A stretch of 64,000 nt of DNA, from the NCBI GenBank assembly GCA_038317055.1, contig JBBQBA010000001.1, positions 344,153-408,152 on the forward strand. The letters run 5' to 3'. Shown here piece by piece: positions 43,572-53,487 of this stretch (positions are counted from its first letter, which is position 1; each line of letters begins with the position of its first letter). A program made the position numbers and the translations under genes. The notes beneath the pieces were generated by a model, which saw nothing but the letters and a program-made list of their open reading frames with translations, was not told the origin of the DNA and ran no database searches. Source of the DNA: Candidatus Saccharimonadales bacterium (lineage in GTDB: Bacteria; Patescibacteriota; Saccharimonadia; Saccharimonadales; DATKHC01).

Positions 43572-44369
43572 TTAATCTCTAAGTTCAAGCGTTAAGCATT
43601 TTACGCCACCACCGGATTTTTGGTATTCACCGATAGGAGTTCCAATTACTTCTAGACCCATTTCTTGATATTTGTTGATTAGGCCAGTTGCTTTGTCGGA
43701 CAATACTATCTTCTTACCGTCACTCATTGCATTGAGTCCGTAGGCTTTGGCATCGTCTTCGGTCGCTTCAATCACATTTGGAACTATTTCATGAAGTTTC
43801 TTAACAGAATCTTCGGTAAAAGCAGGTGGCCAGATAGAAACTGTGTCGTTGCTTACTATCGTAAGACATGTATCAAGATGATAAAATCTTGCATCTGTGG
43901 TTTGTAGGCTTATTACTTTTTTCCCAAAGAAATCAGCTATTTCTTTATGGGATGGTAGGTCACTTCGCCAGGGATAACCCGCAAATATAATGTCATTCCA
44001 AACCAGAGCATCACCTTCACCTTCAAAGTCATATTTAGGCTCTAAAAACTCAGTATATCCTTGAGATTCAAACCATTTCTTAAAATAAGCGGTTTCACCT
44101 TGTCGATCTGGTGCACGAAAAGTAGGCAACGCCACCTTTTTATCTATAACTAAAGCACCATTTGCCGTGAAAACCATATCCGGTAGACCTTGGATTGGTT
44201 CGATTAGCTGGACGTCCCATTCAAAGTTATCTTGATAAATAGTATGAAGACTTTCCCATTGTGACTGCGCGAGAGTGGTTTCTACCTGATTGTCCTTATG
44301 CATCCAGGGGTTAATTTCATATTCGATATCAAAATATGTTGGAGCACACATGAGTATTTTTTTTGGCAT
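43572..44369 (-). CDS. amidinotransferase/DDAH-type guanidino-group-modifying enzyme family protein
   Basis: The track ORF extends to a TTG at 44438; the ATG at 44369 gives MPKKILMCAPTYFDIEYEINPWM..., the typical family N-terminus. The C-terminal GGGVKCLTLEL carries the catalytic Cys motif. Confidence 0.65.
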   Translation of the reverse strand: MPKKILMCAPTYFDIEYEINPWMHKDNQVETTLAQSQWESLHTIYQDNFEWDVQLIEPIQGLPDMVFTANGALVIDKKVALPTFRAPDRQGETAYFKKWFESQGYTEFLEPKYDFEGEGDALVWNDIIFAGYPWRSDLPSHKEIADFFGKKVISLQTTDARFYHLDTCLTIVSNDTVSIWPPAFTEDSVKKLHEIVPNVIEATEDDAKAYGLNAMSDGKKIVLSDKATGLINKYQEMGLEVIGTPIGEYQKSGGGVKCLTLELRD

Positions 44370-44458
44370 ATCTTTGTTTATATTAAAGTTGTTTGAGTAG
44401 AAGTCAAACTTATTTTTTGAACTCGTGAAAACTGTCAATTTAACTCTAGTTGTAGTGC

Positions 44459-44526
44459 TTGACGTTAATTTAGCAGTCAGCTATAGTGAGTGCTGAAAGT
44501 TAGCACTCTTATGATCAAAGTGCTAA
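44459..44526 (+). promoter_or_regulatory. groESL promoter (TTGACG-17-TATAGT) with two tandem CIRCE (HrcA operator) elements
   Basis: CIRCE-1 is TTAGCAGTC-N9-GAGTGCTGA (44470-44496) and overlaps the -10. CIRCE-2 is TTAGCACTC-N9-AAGTGCTAA (44500-44526). The consensus is TTAGCACTC-N9-GAGTGCTAA. Confidence 0.8.
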
Positions 44527-44564
44527 TGCAAATCTAAAAGAACTAACATAGGAGTATTCATTAA

Positions 44565-44831
44565 ATGAGTGTAAAAATCGAGCCTATTGCTGATTATGTA
44601 CTAGCCCAACAAGACGAGGCAATTACCAAAACTGCTAGTGGTATTTTTCTACCTAACCAATCACAAGAGAAACCAAAAGTTGCAAAGGTACTAGCGGTTG
44701 GACCCGAAGTTAAGAATGTAAAAGTAGGTACTAAAATCATTTACAAAACCTACAGTACTAACGAAGTAAAATTCGAAAAAGATGAATACATATTAGTTAA
44801 AGAAGAAGACGTCATAGCGATCGTTAAATAA
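44565..44831 (+). CDS. groES: co-chaperonin GroES
   Basis: 88 aa. IEPIADYVLAQQDEA..TASGIFLP...KVLAVGPE; located immediately upstream of groEL. Confidence 0.9.
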   Translation: MSVKIEPIADYVLAQQDEAITKTASGIFLPNQSQEKPKVAKVLAVGPEVKNVKVGTKIIYKTYSTNEVKFEKDEYILVKEEDVIAIVK

Positions 44832-44850
44832 CCCGAGGAGATAAATAATT

Positions 44851-46497
44851 ATGGCAAATAAAGTTTTTTATGATGATGATGCTCGACGAAGAGTATTAGG
44901 TGGAGCTCAAATACTATATGACGCAGTTAAAACTACTATGGGGCCTAAGGGTCGGAATGTAGTTATTAATAAGTCCTACGGCAACCCTACTGTTACACAT
45001 GATGGAGTTACTGTTGCTAAAGGAGTTGAAATCTCAGATGTTGATGATGAAACACTAGGTTATAAAGTTGGAGCAGAACTTATTAAGCAAGCAGCTAGTA
45101 AAATGAACGATGTTGCCGGAGATGGTACAACTACTGTGACAGTTTTGACTTATCACATACTTCAGGAAGCTAATAAACTAATCGCCGCTGGTCATGACCC
45201 AATGGCTCTACGACGCGGTCTAGAAAAAGCAGCTCATAACGTACTGATTGGACTAGGTGGACTAAGTGAAAATATACACGGTAAAAAATCTCGAGTTTCC
45301 GAAGTTGCAACTATTTCAGCTGGCGATAAGGAAATCGGGAAATTAATTGCTGAAGTTATTGAAAAAGTTGGTAAAGAAGGTGTAGTAACAGTCGAAGAAG
45401 GCCAAGGTCTTGCACTTGAGAGTGAAGTCGTAGAAGGTTTCACTTTTGATAAGGGTTTTGTGAGTGCTTATATGGTTACTGATACTGCGAGAATGGAAGC
45501 TGTGTACAACAAACCAGCAATAATCATTACCGACAAAAAGATAAGTGCAGTTCAAGATTTCTTACCAATTCTCGAGAAATTAGCTCAAGCTGGTAAAAAA
45601 GATTTAGTATTAATAGCTGATGATGTTGAGGGTGAAGCCTTAGGAACTCTAGTTCTAAATAAACTTAAAGGAACATTTAATACAATTGCTATAAAAGCCC
45701 CAAGTTTTGGTGATCGACGAAAAGACATTCTAAATGATATTGCAATTTTGACTGGCGCTACGGTTATAAGCGAAGATCTTGGACATACTTTCGAAGATGC
45801 AGAAATGAATATGATTGGAACTGCTAGAAAAGTTATTGTTACCAAAGACGAAACAACAATAATAGAGGGTGCTGGAAGTTCAGCTGAAATAAAAGACCGA
45901 GTCGCACAACTAGATACACAAATTAGTACTGCGACAAGTGAGTATGACAAAGAATTCCTAGATAAAAGACGAGCTGCGCTATCCGGAAAAGTTGCCGTTA
46001 TTAAAGTTGGTGGAGCAACAGAGACTGAAATTGAAGAGAAAAAATTCCGAGTTGATGATGCAGTCCATGCTGTTAAAGCAGCACTTGATGAGGGTATTGT
46101 TGCTGGAGGTGGAGTTACTCTAGTAAATCTCTCAGCAACTCTAAAAGTTACAGGCAGTGACTCTGAGGCAGCGGGTGAACAATTACTAAAAAACGCTCTT
46201 GATCAACCATTTAGAATTTTACTAACAAACTCTGGATTAAATGCAGATGAGTGGTTACCACTTGTTAAAGCTAGCTCTAAAAAAGGGCAAGGAGTAGATG
46301 TTAACAAACCAGGTAAACTAGTTGATCTAAAATCTGCTGGAGTAGTTGACCCTACAAGAGTAACTAAAGAAGCCTTACAAAATGCAGTTTCAATAGCCGG
46401 TACGGCAATGACAATGGGTGCACTAGTAGTTGAAGTTCCAGAGAAAAAAGATGCTCCAATGCCACAAATGGGTGGCGGTATGGGCATGGATTATTAG
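44851..46497 (+). CDS. groL: chaperonin GroEL
   Basis: 548 aa. GPKGRNVVI, AGDGTTTVTVL, VAGGGV, and a C-terminal GGGMGMDY tail. Confidence 0.97.
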   Translation: MANKVFYDDDARRRVLGGAQILYDAVKTTMGPKGRNVVINKSYGNPTVTHDGVTVAKGVEISDVDDETLGYKVGAELIKQAASKMNDVAGDGTTTVTVLTYHILQEANKLIAAGHDPMALRRGLEKAAHNVLIGLGGLSENIHGKKSRVSEVATISAGDKEIGKLIAEVIEKVGKEGVVTVEEGQGLALESEVVEGFTFDKGFVSAYMVTDTARMEAVYNKPAIIITDKKISAVQDFLPILEKLAQAGKKDLVLIADDVEGEALGTLVLNKLKGTFNTIAIKAPSFGDRRKDILNDIAILTGATVISEDLGHTFEDAEMNMIGTARKVIVTKDETTIIEGAGSSAEIKDRVAQLDTQISTATSEYDKEFLDKRRAALSGKVAVIKVGGATETEIEEKKFRVDDAVHAVKAALDEGIVAGGGVTLVNLSATLKVTGSDSEAAGEQLLKNALDQPFRILLTNSGLNADEWLPLVKASSKKGQGVDVNKPGKLVDLKSAGVVDPTRVTKEALQNAVSIAGTAMTMGALVVEVPEKKDAPMPQMGGGMGMDY

Positions 46498-46519
46498 AAG
46501 TATATAATAGCTAAATACC

Positions 46520-46798
46520 ATGTATTCCGAATCAGATTTACCCAAAGTAAAGACTTGTGAAATTAATCACATGCTATCTGATGCAAATGATGTTCTACTT
46601 GATGCCGAAACTATTTTCCCAGAAGCAAAAGATATTGTCAGGGATGTTTATAAAGCACCAAAAGAAGACCACTTACTCAGAAAAGTAGGCAGAGTAATAG
46701 GTGGTTGTGTAGTAAAAGGTTTCATGGAATTTGGCAGACCCTACTCTGGACTTGCTGGGCTACATAATTTAAACAAAAAAGACCAACCGAACACCTAA
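46520..46798 (+). CDS. hypothetical protein
   Basis: 92 aa; no recognisable family. Confidence 0.4.
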   Translation: MYSESDLPKVKTCEINHMLSDANDVLLDAETIFPEAKDIVRDVYKAPKEDHLLRKVGRVIGGCVVKGFMEFGRPYSGLAGLHNLNKKDQPNT

Positions 46799-46809
46799 TA
46801 ATTTTAGTT

Positions 46810-47277
46810 CTAATTGCTTGGGTGCGTAAAATAATTAATTTCGTTTACTACGTCAAGTAGTGCTTGTGCACGGGCTTTTTCATCTGGTACTTGTAATGCT
46901 GATTCGTATGCTGATCTTAACAAACTTTTATCATCAGTAGCTTGAATTAACATCATTGTTGTTCGAAATTTTTCTTCAGGTGTTTGGTCGAGATGGCCTA
47001 CAAGTGGTGTAAGTTGCTGCAAAGCATCTTTTTTAATGTTAATTAGATCATCATTTCCAGCTGGGGCTGGTTGATCTATGGCTGGCTGATCAGCTTGTAC
47101 TGGGTTGTAATCCAATGCAACATTTTGAGGTTGATCCTGAGGATGGACAGGTTGGTCAATAGGAGTGTCTAAAACGCCTGCAGCTAATAAATCATCACCA
47201 CCAACGGGTAATTCCTGGGCAAAATTATCTATAGCTCCATTATCTTGAGCAGTCGCTTGTGAATTCATACCGAACAT
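46810..47277 (-). CDS. hypothetical acidic Pro/Gln-rich protein
   Basis: 155 aa with a low-complexity N-terminal half and a helical C-terminal half. Confidence 0.45.
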   Translation of the reverse strand: MFGMNSQATAQDNGAIDNFAQELPVGGDDLLAAGVLDTPIDQPVHPQDQPQNVALDYNPVQADQPAIDQPAPAGNDDLINIKKDALQQLTPLVGHLDQTPEEKFRTTMMLIQATDDKSLLRSAYESALQVPDEKARAQALLDVVNEINYFTHPSN

Positions 47278-47351
47278 CTAATACCCCCTAAACCAGCATT
47301 CATAAGCAATATAGCATATACTGTATGTATCAGTAAATGAGGGAATAAATT

Positions 47352-48395
47352 GTGCTGGACGACTTAAAACTTATACACACGCGCGATAGCAAAGACTCAC
47401 TTGGAATAGCCCAAAAACAATCGGAACAATATAAATATAATTATCATTTTTCATGGCAACCAACCCAGCCAATAAATAAAATTATTGTTGCCGGAATGGG
47501 TGGTTCCGGACTTGCCGCAAAAGTATATAAAAGTTGGCCTGGAATTAAGCTACCGTTTGAAATAGTTCAGGATTATGAACTACCGGATTATTTCGATAAA
47601 AACACCTTAGTTATAGTTTCGAGTTATTCAGGTAATACTGAAGAAGAATTATCGGTTATTAATCAAGCAATTAACCAATCGCTTGATGAACAAAAAAAGC
47701 CGATGGTTGTAGTTATTACCTCTGGTGGAAAACTAAAAGAAATAGCAGATCAAAATAATTTACCGTCAATTATTTTGCCAGGAGGATTTCAACCTAGATA
47801 TACCCTTGGCTACCAGCTTCGTGCCTTATGTGAGCTCTTCACCGTTTGCGGATTATCGGACGGAAACCTGGCAGCCCTAGAACAAACTGCCGATTGGTTA
47901 AAAACAAAGTTAGATATGTGGGGACCAACAATACCGACAAAAGATAATTACGCTAAGCAATTAGCACAGGACATAATCGGTAAATCAATTGTTATTTATG
48001 CCAGTGGAAAATTGGCGCCAGTTGCTTATAAATGGAAGATTAGTTTTAACGAGAATGCTAAATCTATTGCTTGGTGGAACCAGTACTCAGAGTTTAATCA
48101 CAATGAATTTTTAGGCTGGACTAACCAGCCAGTGGAAAAACCATATGCGGTAATAGATTTAAGGAGCAATTTAGATCATCCACAAATACAGAAACGTTTT
48201 ATGATTAGCGAACAATTACTATCCGGTAAACGACCGGCTCCTGAAGTAGTAAACCTCGAAGGTGAGGATTTATTAAAGCAAATAATGTGGGGAATTGGAC
48301 TCGGAGATTTTGTGAGTTTATATGTAGCCATTTTAAGTGGCATTGACCCAACTCCAGTAGATTTGATAGAACAACTCAAACTGAAATTGCAGTAG
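47352..48395 (+). CDS. bifunctional phosphoglucose/phosphomannose isomerase (SIS domain)
   Basis: 347 aa with a GTG start. IIVAGMGGSGLAAKV and VIVSSYSGNTEE (SIS motifs), plus the C-terminal PGI/PMI-type domain. Confidence 0.7.
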   Translation: MLDDLKLIHTRDSKDSLGIAQKQSEQYKYNYHFSWQPTQPINKIIVAGMGGSGLAAKVYKSWPGIKLPFEIVQDYELPDYFDKNTLVIVSSYSGNTEEELSVINQAINQSLDEQKKPMVVVITSGGKLKEIADQNNLPSIILPGGFQPRYTLGYQLRALCELFTVCGLSDGNLAALEQTADWLKTKLDMWGPTIPTKDNYAKQLAQDIIGKSIVIYASGKLAPVAYKWKISFNENAKSIAWWNQYSEFNHNEFLGWTNQPVEKPYAVIDLRSNLDHPQIQKRFMISEQLLSGKRPAPEVVNLEGEDLLKQIMWGIGLGDFVSLYVAILSGIDPTPVDLIEQLKLKLQ

Positions 48396-48469
48396 TTTAA
48401 TAATCCACTCACTATCTTTTACTCTTTATGTTTCAGGGAATCGGCAGGGAGGGGTATTATTATAGGCCT

Positions 48470-49132
48470 ATGCGTATATTAGTAATTGAAGACGAAGTTA
48501 AATTAGCACAAAGCCTTCAGCGAGGTTTGGGGGCAGAAGGATATGTAATTGATGTTGCCTATGATTCAGATCAGGCGGATGTTTTGGCGGGTAGTACAGA
48601 TTACGATGCCATTATTGTAGACTGGATGATACCGGGTAAACACGATGGCCCAGGACTAATTAAGAAATGGCGAACAGATGAAAAACAATTTCCAATTCTA
48701 CTTTTAACTGCTCGTGGTTCGATTGGAGATAAGGTCGGTGGTCTAGACGCCGGAGCTGATGATTATTTATCAAAGCCATTTTCATTTGACGAGTTACTCG
48801 CTAGAGTACGAGCACTTCTTAGGCGACCAAAACAACATACTGGCAACAGTATTAAAGTTGGTACACTAACTTTGGATGTTATATCTAAATCGGTAACTGC
48901 CGAAAATAAACTGATTCATATTACGGCTAAGGAATTTCAATTATTAGAATACTTAATGCGTCACTCAGGTGAAGTATTATCAAAAGAAAGACTACTCAGT
49001 CATGTTTGGGCTGATGAAGATAGAGTCCAACATAATACAGTTGAAACATTTATTGCACATCTTCGTAAGAAATTAGGAAAATCAGGTGATTTAATTGAAA
49101 CTGTGCGTGGATATGGATACATAGTTAGGTAA
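48470..49132 (+). CDS. OmpR-family response regulator
   Basis: MRILVIEDE... with the receiver Asp in IIVDWMIPG. The winged-helix C-terminus reads LTAKEFQLLEYLMRH...VETFIAHLRKKL...RGYGY. The track ORF starts 14 codons earlier. Confidence 0.9.
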   Translation: MRILVIEDEVKLAQSLQRGLGAEGYVIDVAYDSDQADVLAGSTDYDAIIVDWMIPGKHDGPGLIKKWRTDEKQFPILLLTARGSIGDKVGGLDAGADDYLSKPFSFDELLARVRALLRRPKQHTGNSIKVGTLTLDVISKSVTAENKLIHITAKEFQLLEYLMRHSGEVLSKERLLSHVWADEDRVQHNTVETFIAHLRKKLGKSGDLIETVRGYGYIVR

Positions 49133-49143
49133 AATATAGTCAA

Positions 49144-50154
49144 ATGTTCGAATCCGCTAGAATTAAACTTACGTTCTTCTATCTTGCTGCAATAGTAGTC
49201 CTTAGCTTAATACTTACACTTGGGACTCGAACTCTAGCTCAAAAAGCGTTTGATAATACTAACGCGATGCAACAGGGTGGTATTAGAAATCTAATTCGTA
49301 GAGAAGTAGGACTACCAATACCAAATGGTGGTTTTGACGATTTACATTCTAAACAAGACGCACTAATAAATCATCAACTTAACGAATATGTCATTTACAT
49401 TAATGTTGTAGCTATAGTTCTTGGTGGTATTGGCAGCTATTGGTTTGCCGGAAGAACCCTAAAGCCAATAGAAGAAGCACACGAAGCTCAAGCACGATTT
49501 GCTTCAGATGCTAGTCACGAACTTAGGACTCCACTCGCAGTTATGCAGACTGAGAATGAAGTCTTTTTAAGGCAAAGGGACTTTAGTGAAAAAGAAGCTA
49601 GAGAACAAATACACAGTAATCTAGAAGAAATTCAACACCTAGAACAGTTAACAACTAATCTGTTATCACTAGCAAATTACGAAAAGGGTGATCGTCTGGC
49701 GCTAGCAAGTACCAAATCTGGTGCCGTTGCAAGCAAAGCAATCGAACAACTTACTAAACTATACCCAGATTCTAAAAAAAGAGTACAAATTGAAGTTAGA
49801 CCAGCCAAAATATATGCACATAAGGATAGTTTGGCTCAAGCCTTAACGATTTTCATGGATAATGCAATTAAATATAGCCCAGCAAATAAACCAATTAAAC
49901 TAATTGGGATAGTTGATGATAAAACTTATAAGTTTATGGTTGAGGATCAGGGTCCTGGCATAGATGTAGTTGATATGCCGCAAATTTTCGAAAGGCTTTA
50001 TCGAGGTGATAAAAACAGATCTAAGTCAGTGCCAGGGCACGGCCTTGGTTTGTCGTTGGCTAAAGAGATAGCAAAAGCCAACGAAGCTGGTTTAACCGTG
50101 GCTAACTTAAGCGAAGGTGGAGCTAGATTTACCTTAACAGTACAACTCATATAA
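49144..50154 (+). CDS. sensor histidine kinase (HisKA + HATPase_c)
   Basis: 336 aa with two TM helices. H-box FASDASHELRTPL, N-box MDNAIKYS, and G-boxes DQGPGI and GHGLGLSLAKEI. Confidence 0.9.
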   Translation: MFESARIKLTFFYLAAIVVLSLILTLGTRTLAQKAFDNTNAMQQGGIRNLIRREVGLPIPNGGFDDLHSKQDALINHQLNEYVIYINVVAIVLGGIGSYWFAGRTLKPIEEAHEAQARFASDASHELRTPLAVMQTENEVFLRQRDFSEKEAREQIHSNLEEIQHLEQLTTNLLSLANYEKGDRLALASTKSGAVASKAIEQLTKLYPDSKKRVQIEVRPAKIYAHKDSLAQALTIFMDNAIKYSPANKPIKLIGIVDDKTYKFMVEDQGPGIDVVDMPQIFERLYRGDKNRSKSVPGHGLGLSLAKEIAKANEAGLTVANLSEGGARFTLTVQLI

Positions 50155-50179
50155 GCAAATTAACCGGTTTATAGTTTTG

Positions 50180-50449
50180 CTATATAGAAGCCGAAAATAT
50201 ACAGGTACTACAGCTATACCAATCTCTATCACTTCTAGTCATCTTACAACCTATAGGTCTTTTGTCGAAGGCATCTTGAGCATCATTTAGGTCTCCACTC
50301 AAACTTTCTTCATGATCCGAATATCCGACTTCAAACTCTTTCATAAAGTAACTTACTGTAGCAATGTGTCTGATAGCCGATTGGATCAACTGTCTTGTAA
50401 CCTCACATTCGGGGTTTGAATCGATACTTTCTAGACCTCTAGAACTCAT
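50180..50449 (-). CDS. hypothetical protein
   Basis: 89 aa; no recognisable family. Confidence 0.4.
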   Translation of the reverse strand: MSSRGLESIDSNPECEVTRQLIQSAIRHIATVSYFMKEFEVGYSDHEESLSGDLNDAQDAFDKRPIGCKMTRSDRDWYSCSTCIFSASI

Positions 50450-50513
50450 AATACTTAGAGTATCCGACTAAAGTGTCAGATTATCAAGGTTAAGCGGTTA
50501 CCTCTGGGATTAC

Positions 50514-52868
50514 CTATAATACTGGTGGTAGAAAACTAATGCCAGCATAAGTTGGATTTGAACTAGTAGTCGAACCTGCAGTAAAAGGATTAACTATCCA
50601 AGTATTTGGATTATATTTAAAAATTTCAGCAGCACTATTAGCAGTCTGAATATCACCAAATGTTCGATTTAGCTTAATTTGTCTTGCAATAACAGCACCA
50701 TCAATAGTTAATTGTTCACTAGCACCACTACAGCTGTCGTATAAGTTAGAAAAGTCATATTTAGTATATCCATTTGAACAAGTTGTAATAACCCCCGCAT
50801 TTGCGTTCGCATTTGGTTGTGCAATATATACTCCATCCATAGTTGAAACCCCGTCATCGACAAATATATTTCCGGATACTACTAAGTAAAAATTAGGTAT
50901 GCTGGCAACTCCTCCAGCGTAGTTTTGGTCTAAAATTATGTTGTTTTTTATAACAGCATCACCTTCGACATAAAGAACCACATGGCCATTGAAATTTCCT
51001 CCAGATTTAGTGATGTTTACAAAACTATTACCAAATAACGGTTTAACCCAACAATAATTTATCCCGTCAGTTAACTTACAAGCAGGTAAGCTATTTAGAT
51101 CAAATGTATCGGATCCTAATGTTATCGCTGGACTATTTGCTTCCGCACCTGCACTGCCATAATAATCTGACGAACAATCTGTTTTACCCTGAGAACCAAG
51201 ATTGCCTCCAAACGGCGGTGAATTATTAGCAAATGTTAATCCTGTCGGGGTACTCAGACTATAACTATTATCACCGTTACTAGTTACGAATCCATTAATT
51301 ACATTAGGCGCAAAAGCCGCAAGATTTGAGCTTGCTCCTCGGTAAGTTGCTGCACCAAGATTAAAGGCTAGTATTCCAGATTTATTACTTGGATTACAGT
51401 TATTACTAAAACCTCCGCTTCCAGTAGAAACGTCACCACCCTGAACAACAAAATAAGGATTGTAGCCGATAGTAACAGTACTATTAGGGCATGCAGGGGG
51501 GGCAATTGTTACTGCACCATCTTTATATGTATAGCTATATGTATATACTCCCGGAGTTGATTCGGTAAATTGAGCTTGATACGGGGGTGAGCTAACAGAC
51601 TTAGGTGCTTGACCGTCAAAAGTTATTATTGCTGATCCACCAACTACTGGATTACCAGGAGAACCTGAAGTTTTATTAATAAACTTAGGTGATGCAACTA
51701 CAAAGAACGGTTGATTAAGTATCGGACCACCTAGATTGCCGGGTGCGTTTATTGACGGAGGGCCGTTACATGCTGGAGCATAACAAGGCTTTGGTGAACC
51801 ATAAGCAATGCTTGAGGTTAGGCCACTGGCTGGAGTTAAGTCCACATTATGTGAGCGTAGTTGATCAAAACTACTCATATCTACTGAGAAATTACCTAAT
51901 CCGTCGGAAGTTACCGGACTACCAGGTGGTGTTGAACCATCTACCTTATAATCAATTACAGCACCAGGATCAGGATTGCTACCAAACTCAACCTGTCCAT
52001 TGACAGTTTCCCCGTTTACCGGTTCACCGTTCGCCGTAGTTGGAACACATGTATAAGATAAATTTATAATTTTTATTGGTTGCAATACTTTTAAGATAAA
52101 ATTTGGTGCAGGGAAAAACGGCTTACAATTACCTGCTACATCAGACACTTTTGCTGACGAGTAACCACCATTAACCACACATTGATAAAGTAAAGTTTTT
52201 GGCTTACCTTTTCCGTTATTCTTCTGAAATATATTTGCAGAAATAACATTTGCGTTCAGGGTTATGTTAGTTGGTTGAGAAACATTAGGTGCAGTGTAGG
52301 TAAATGTAACTGGCTGTCCAAACCAATAACGAGACCCATTATCTGTATATTGTATGGTAGTTGGGGAAAAGTTAGATATAGTTCCTGGACTTGTTGGGTC
52401 AACATTATTTACCGGGTTAATTCCTCCAAAAATATCGATATTACCAAAAAGATTACCGTTTACATTTGAAGTGTCCCTTGTCCCATCAAGTGGAAGAATG
52501 GCGTTATACAAAGGACCAGTAACAATTGAGACTCGATAGCAAAGAAATATAACAGTGTTGATCTGTAGGTTAATCGTCTGGCCGGGGAACAGAGTAAGTG
52601 TAGTGGCGTCTACGTTAGGATTATTAACCGGTGAAATCCAACTATTTACGAACTCTTCTTGATTACCAGGAGGTTGACACGTACTTCCTAGATTAGCAGG
52701 ATTATCATATGACTGTAATTTGAACTGAAAGTCTGAAGGCAACTCAAGGTCTGGTCTCATATAATAAGCATGTGCTTCATGTTTTGTGATTGTCGTGATA
52801 GCCAAAACAAGAAATAGACTAAGAAGTAAAAACTTAGAAATATTAAACAATGTCTTATTAGATATCAT
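50514..52868 (-). CDS. large secreted/surface protein of unknown function
   Basis: 784 aa with an N-terminal signal/anchor (...TKHEAHA). It is N/G/S/T/P-rich and predicted beta-rich. The C-terminal third has repetitive hydrophobic-G-D/N turns (HVVLYVEGDAVIKNNII, FYLVVSGNIFVDDGV, LTIDGAVIARQIKL). Its ATG overlaps the upstream stop (TAATG). Confidence 0.6.
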   Translation of the reverse strand: MISNKTLFNISKFLLLSLFLVLAITTITKHEAHAYYMRPDLELPSDFQFKLQSYDNPANLGSTCQPPGNQEEFVNSWISPVNNPNVDATTLTLFPGQTINLQINTVIFLCYRVSIVTGPLYNAILPLDGTRDTSNVNGNLFGNIDIFGGINPVNNVDPTSPGTISNFSPTTIQYTDNGSRYWFGQPVTFTYTAPNVSQPTNITLNANVISANIFQKNNGKGKPKTLLYQCVVNGGYSSAKVSDVAGNCKPFFPAPNFILKVLQPIKIINLSYTCVPTTANGEPVNGETVNGQVEFGSNPDPGAVIDYKVDGSTPPGSPVTSDGLGNFSVDMSSFDQLRSHNVDLTPASGLTSSIAYGSPKPCYAPACNGPPSINAPGNLGGPILNQPFFVVASPKFINKTSGSPGNPVVGGSAIITFDGQAPKSVSSPPYQAQFTESTPGVYTYSYTYKDGAVTIAPPACPNSTVTIGYNPYFVVQGGDVSTGSGGFSNNCNPSNKSGILAFNLGAATYRGASSNLAAFAPNVINGFVTSNGDNSYSLSTPTGLTFANNSPPFGGNLGSQGKTDCSSDYYGSAGAEANSPAITLGSDTFDLNSLPACKLTDGINYCWVKPLFGNSFVNITKSGGNFNGHVVLYVEGDAVIKNNIILDQNYAGGVASIPNFYLVVSGNIFVDDGVSTMDGVYIAQPNANANAGVITTCSNGYTKYDFSNLYDSCSGASEQLTIDGAVIARQIKLNRTFGDIQTANSAAEIFKYNPNTWIVNPFTAGSTTSSNPTYAGISFLPPVL

Positions 52869-53416
52869 TATTTTTTACCCGCAAATATTTGTGCATTTTT
52901 ATCTATCTGATTATTCAAAACCGACATATTTGATACTTTTATTATAAGCGGTTTCAGGCTATTGTAATGTCCATCAATTTCACTGCTTAACACAAAGCTA
53001 GTTGTATACCTTGCTTCAAGTAATTTTAAGTATTTAGATGCGTTAGAATAATCTCCTATATTAATATAGTAGGAATCAACAATATATAAACAATTAGAAT
53101 CTTGCTCATAATCTGAAAATGACATAATTTGTTTTACGGTTTTTTTTAGTTGTTCAGTGTTAGCTGGAGCTAACTCTTCTCCGGCTGTTTTCAAGATAAC
53201 CCCTGAACAAACTTTCCCATTATCATCATCATATACAACTGCTTTTTTTTGACTACTGTAGTGATAAATTATTATCCCAAGCACTATTAATTCTATGAAT
53301 ATAACAACCATCACCACATGCCAGACGGTACCAAGTTTTTCTTCTTTGGAAAAATGACGCATTAAGAGAGTTGGCTTTTTTTGTCCAATACCTGAACTAT
53401 CATTCTTCTCGCTCAT
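52868..53416 (-). CDS. hypothetical single-pass membrane protein, translationally coupled to the 784-aa gene
   Basis: 182 aa with one TM helix (VWHVVMVVIFIELIVLGIIIY). Confidence 0.55.
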   Translation of the reverse strand: MSEKNDSSGIGQKKPTLLMRHFSKEEKLGTVWHVVMVVIFIELIVLGIIIYHYSSQKKAVVYDDDNGKVCSGVILKTAGEELAPANTEQLKKTVKQIMSFSDYEQDSNCLYIVDSYYINIGDYSNASKYLKLLEARYTTSFVLSSEIDGHYNSLKPLIIKVSNMSVLNNQIDKNAQIFAGKK

Positions 53417-53487
53417 GCTTAATATAGATTATATCAATAGAGTAAAGAGTTTTTCTAATACCAAAACAAAATCGGTAATTATAAATC

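Noticed and set aside
42975-43595. ORFs 42975-43409 (minus) and 43206-43595 (plus) overlapping the GC-rich gene
   Set aside because: Long open frames in all phases are expected in a locally GC-richer block. Only 42905-43411 has a strong RBS and a protein-like translation (structured Cys clusters, acidic helices). The others are Arg/Ser/Leu-rich.
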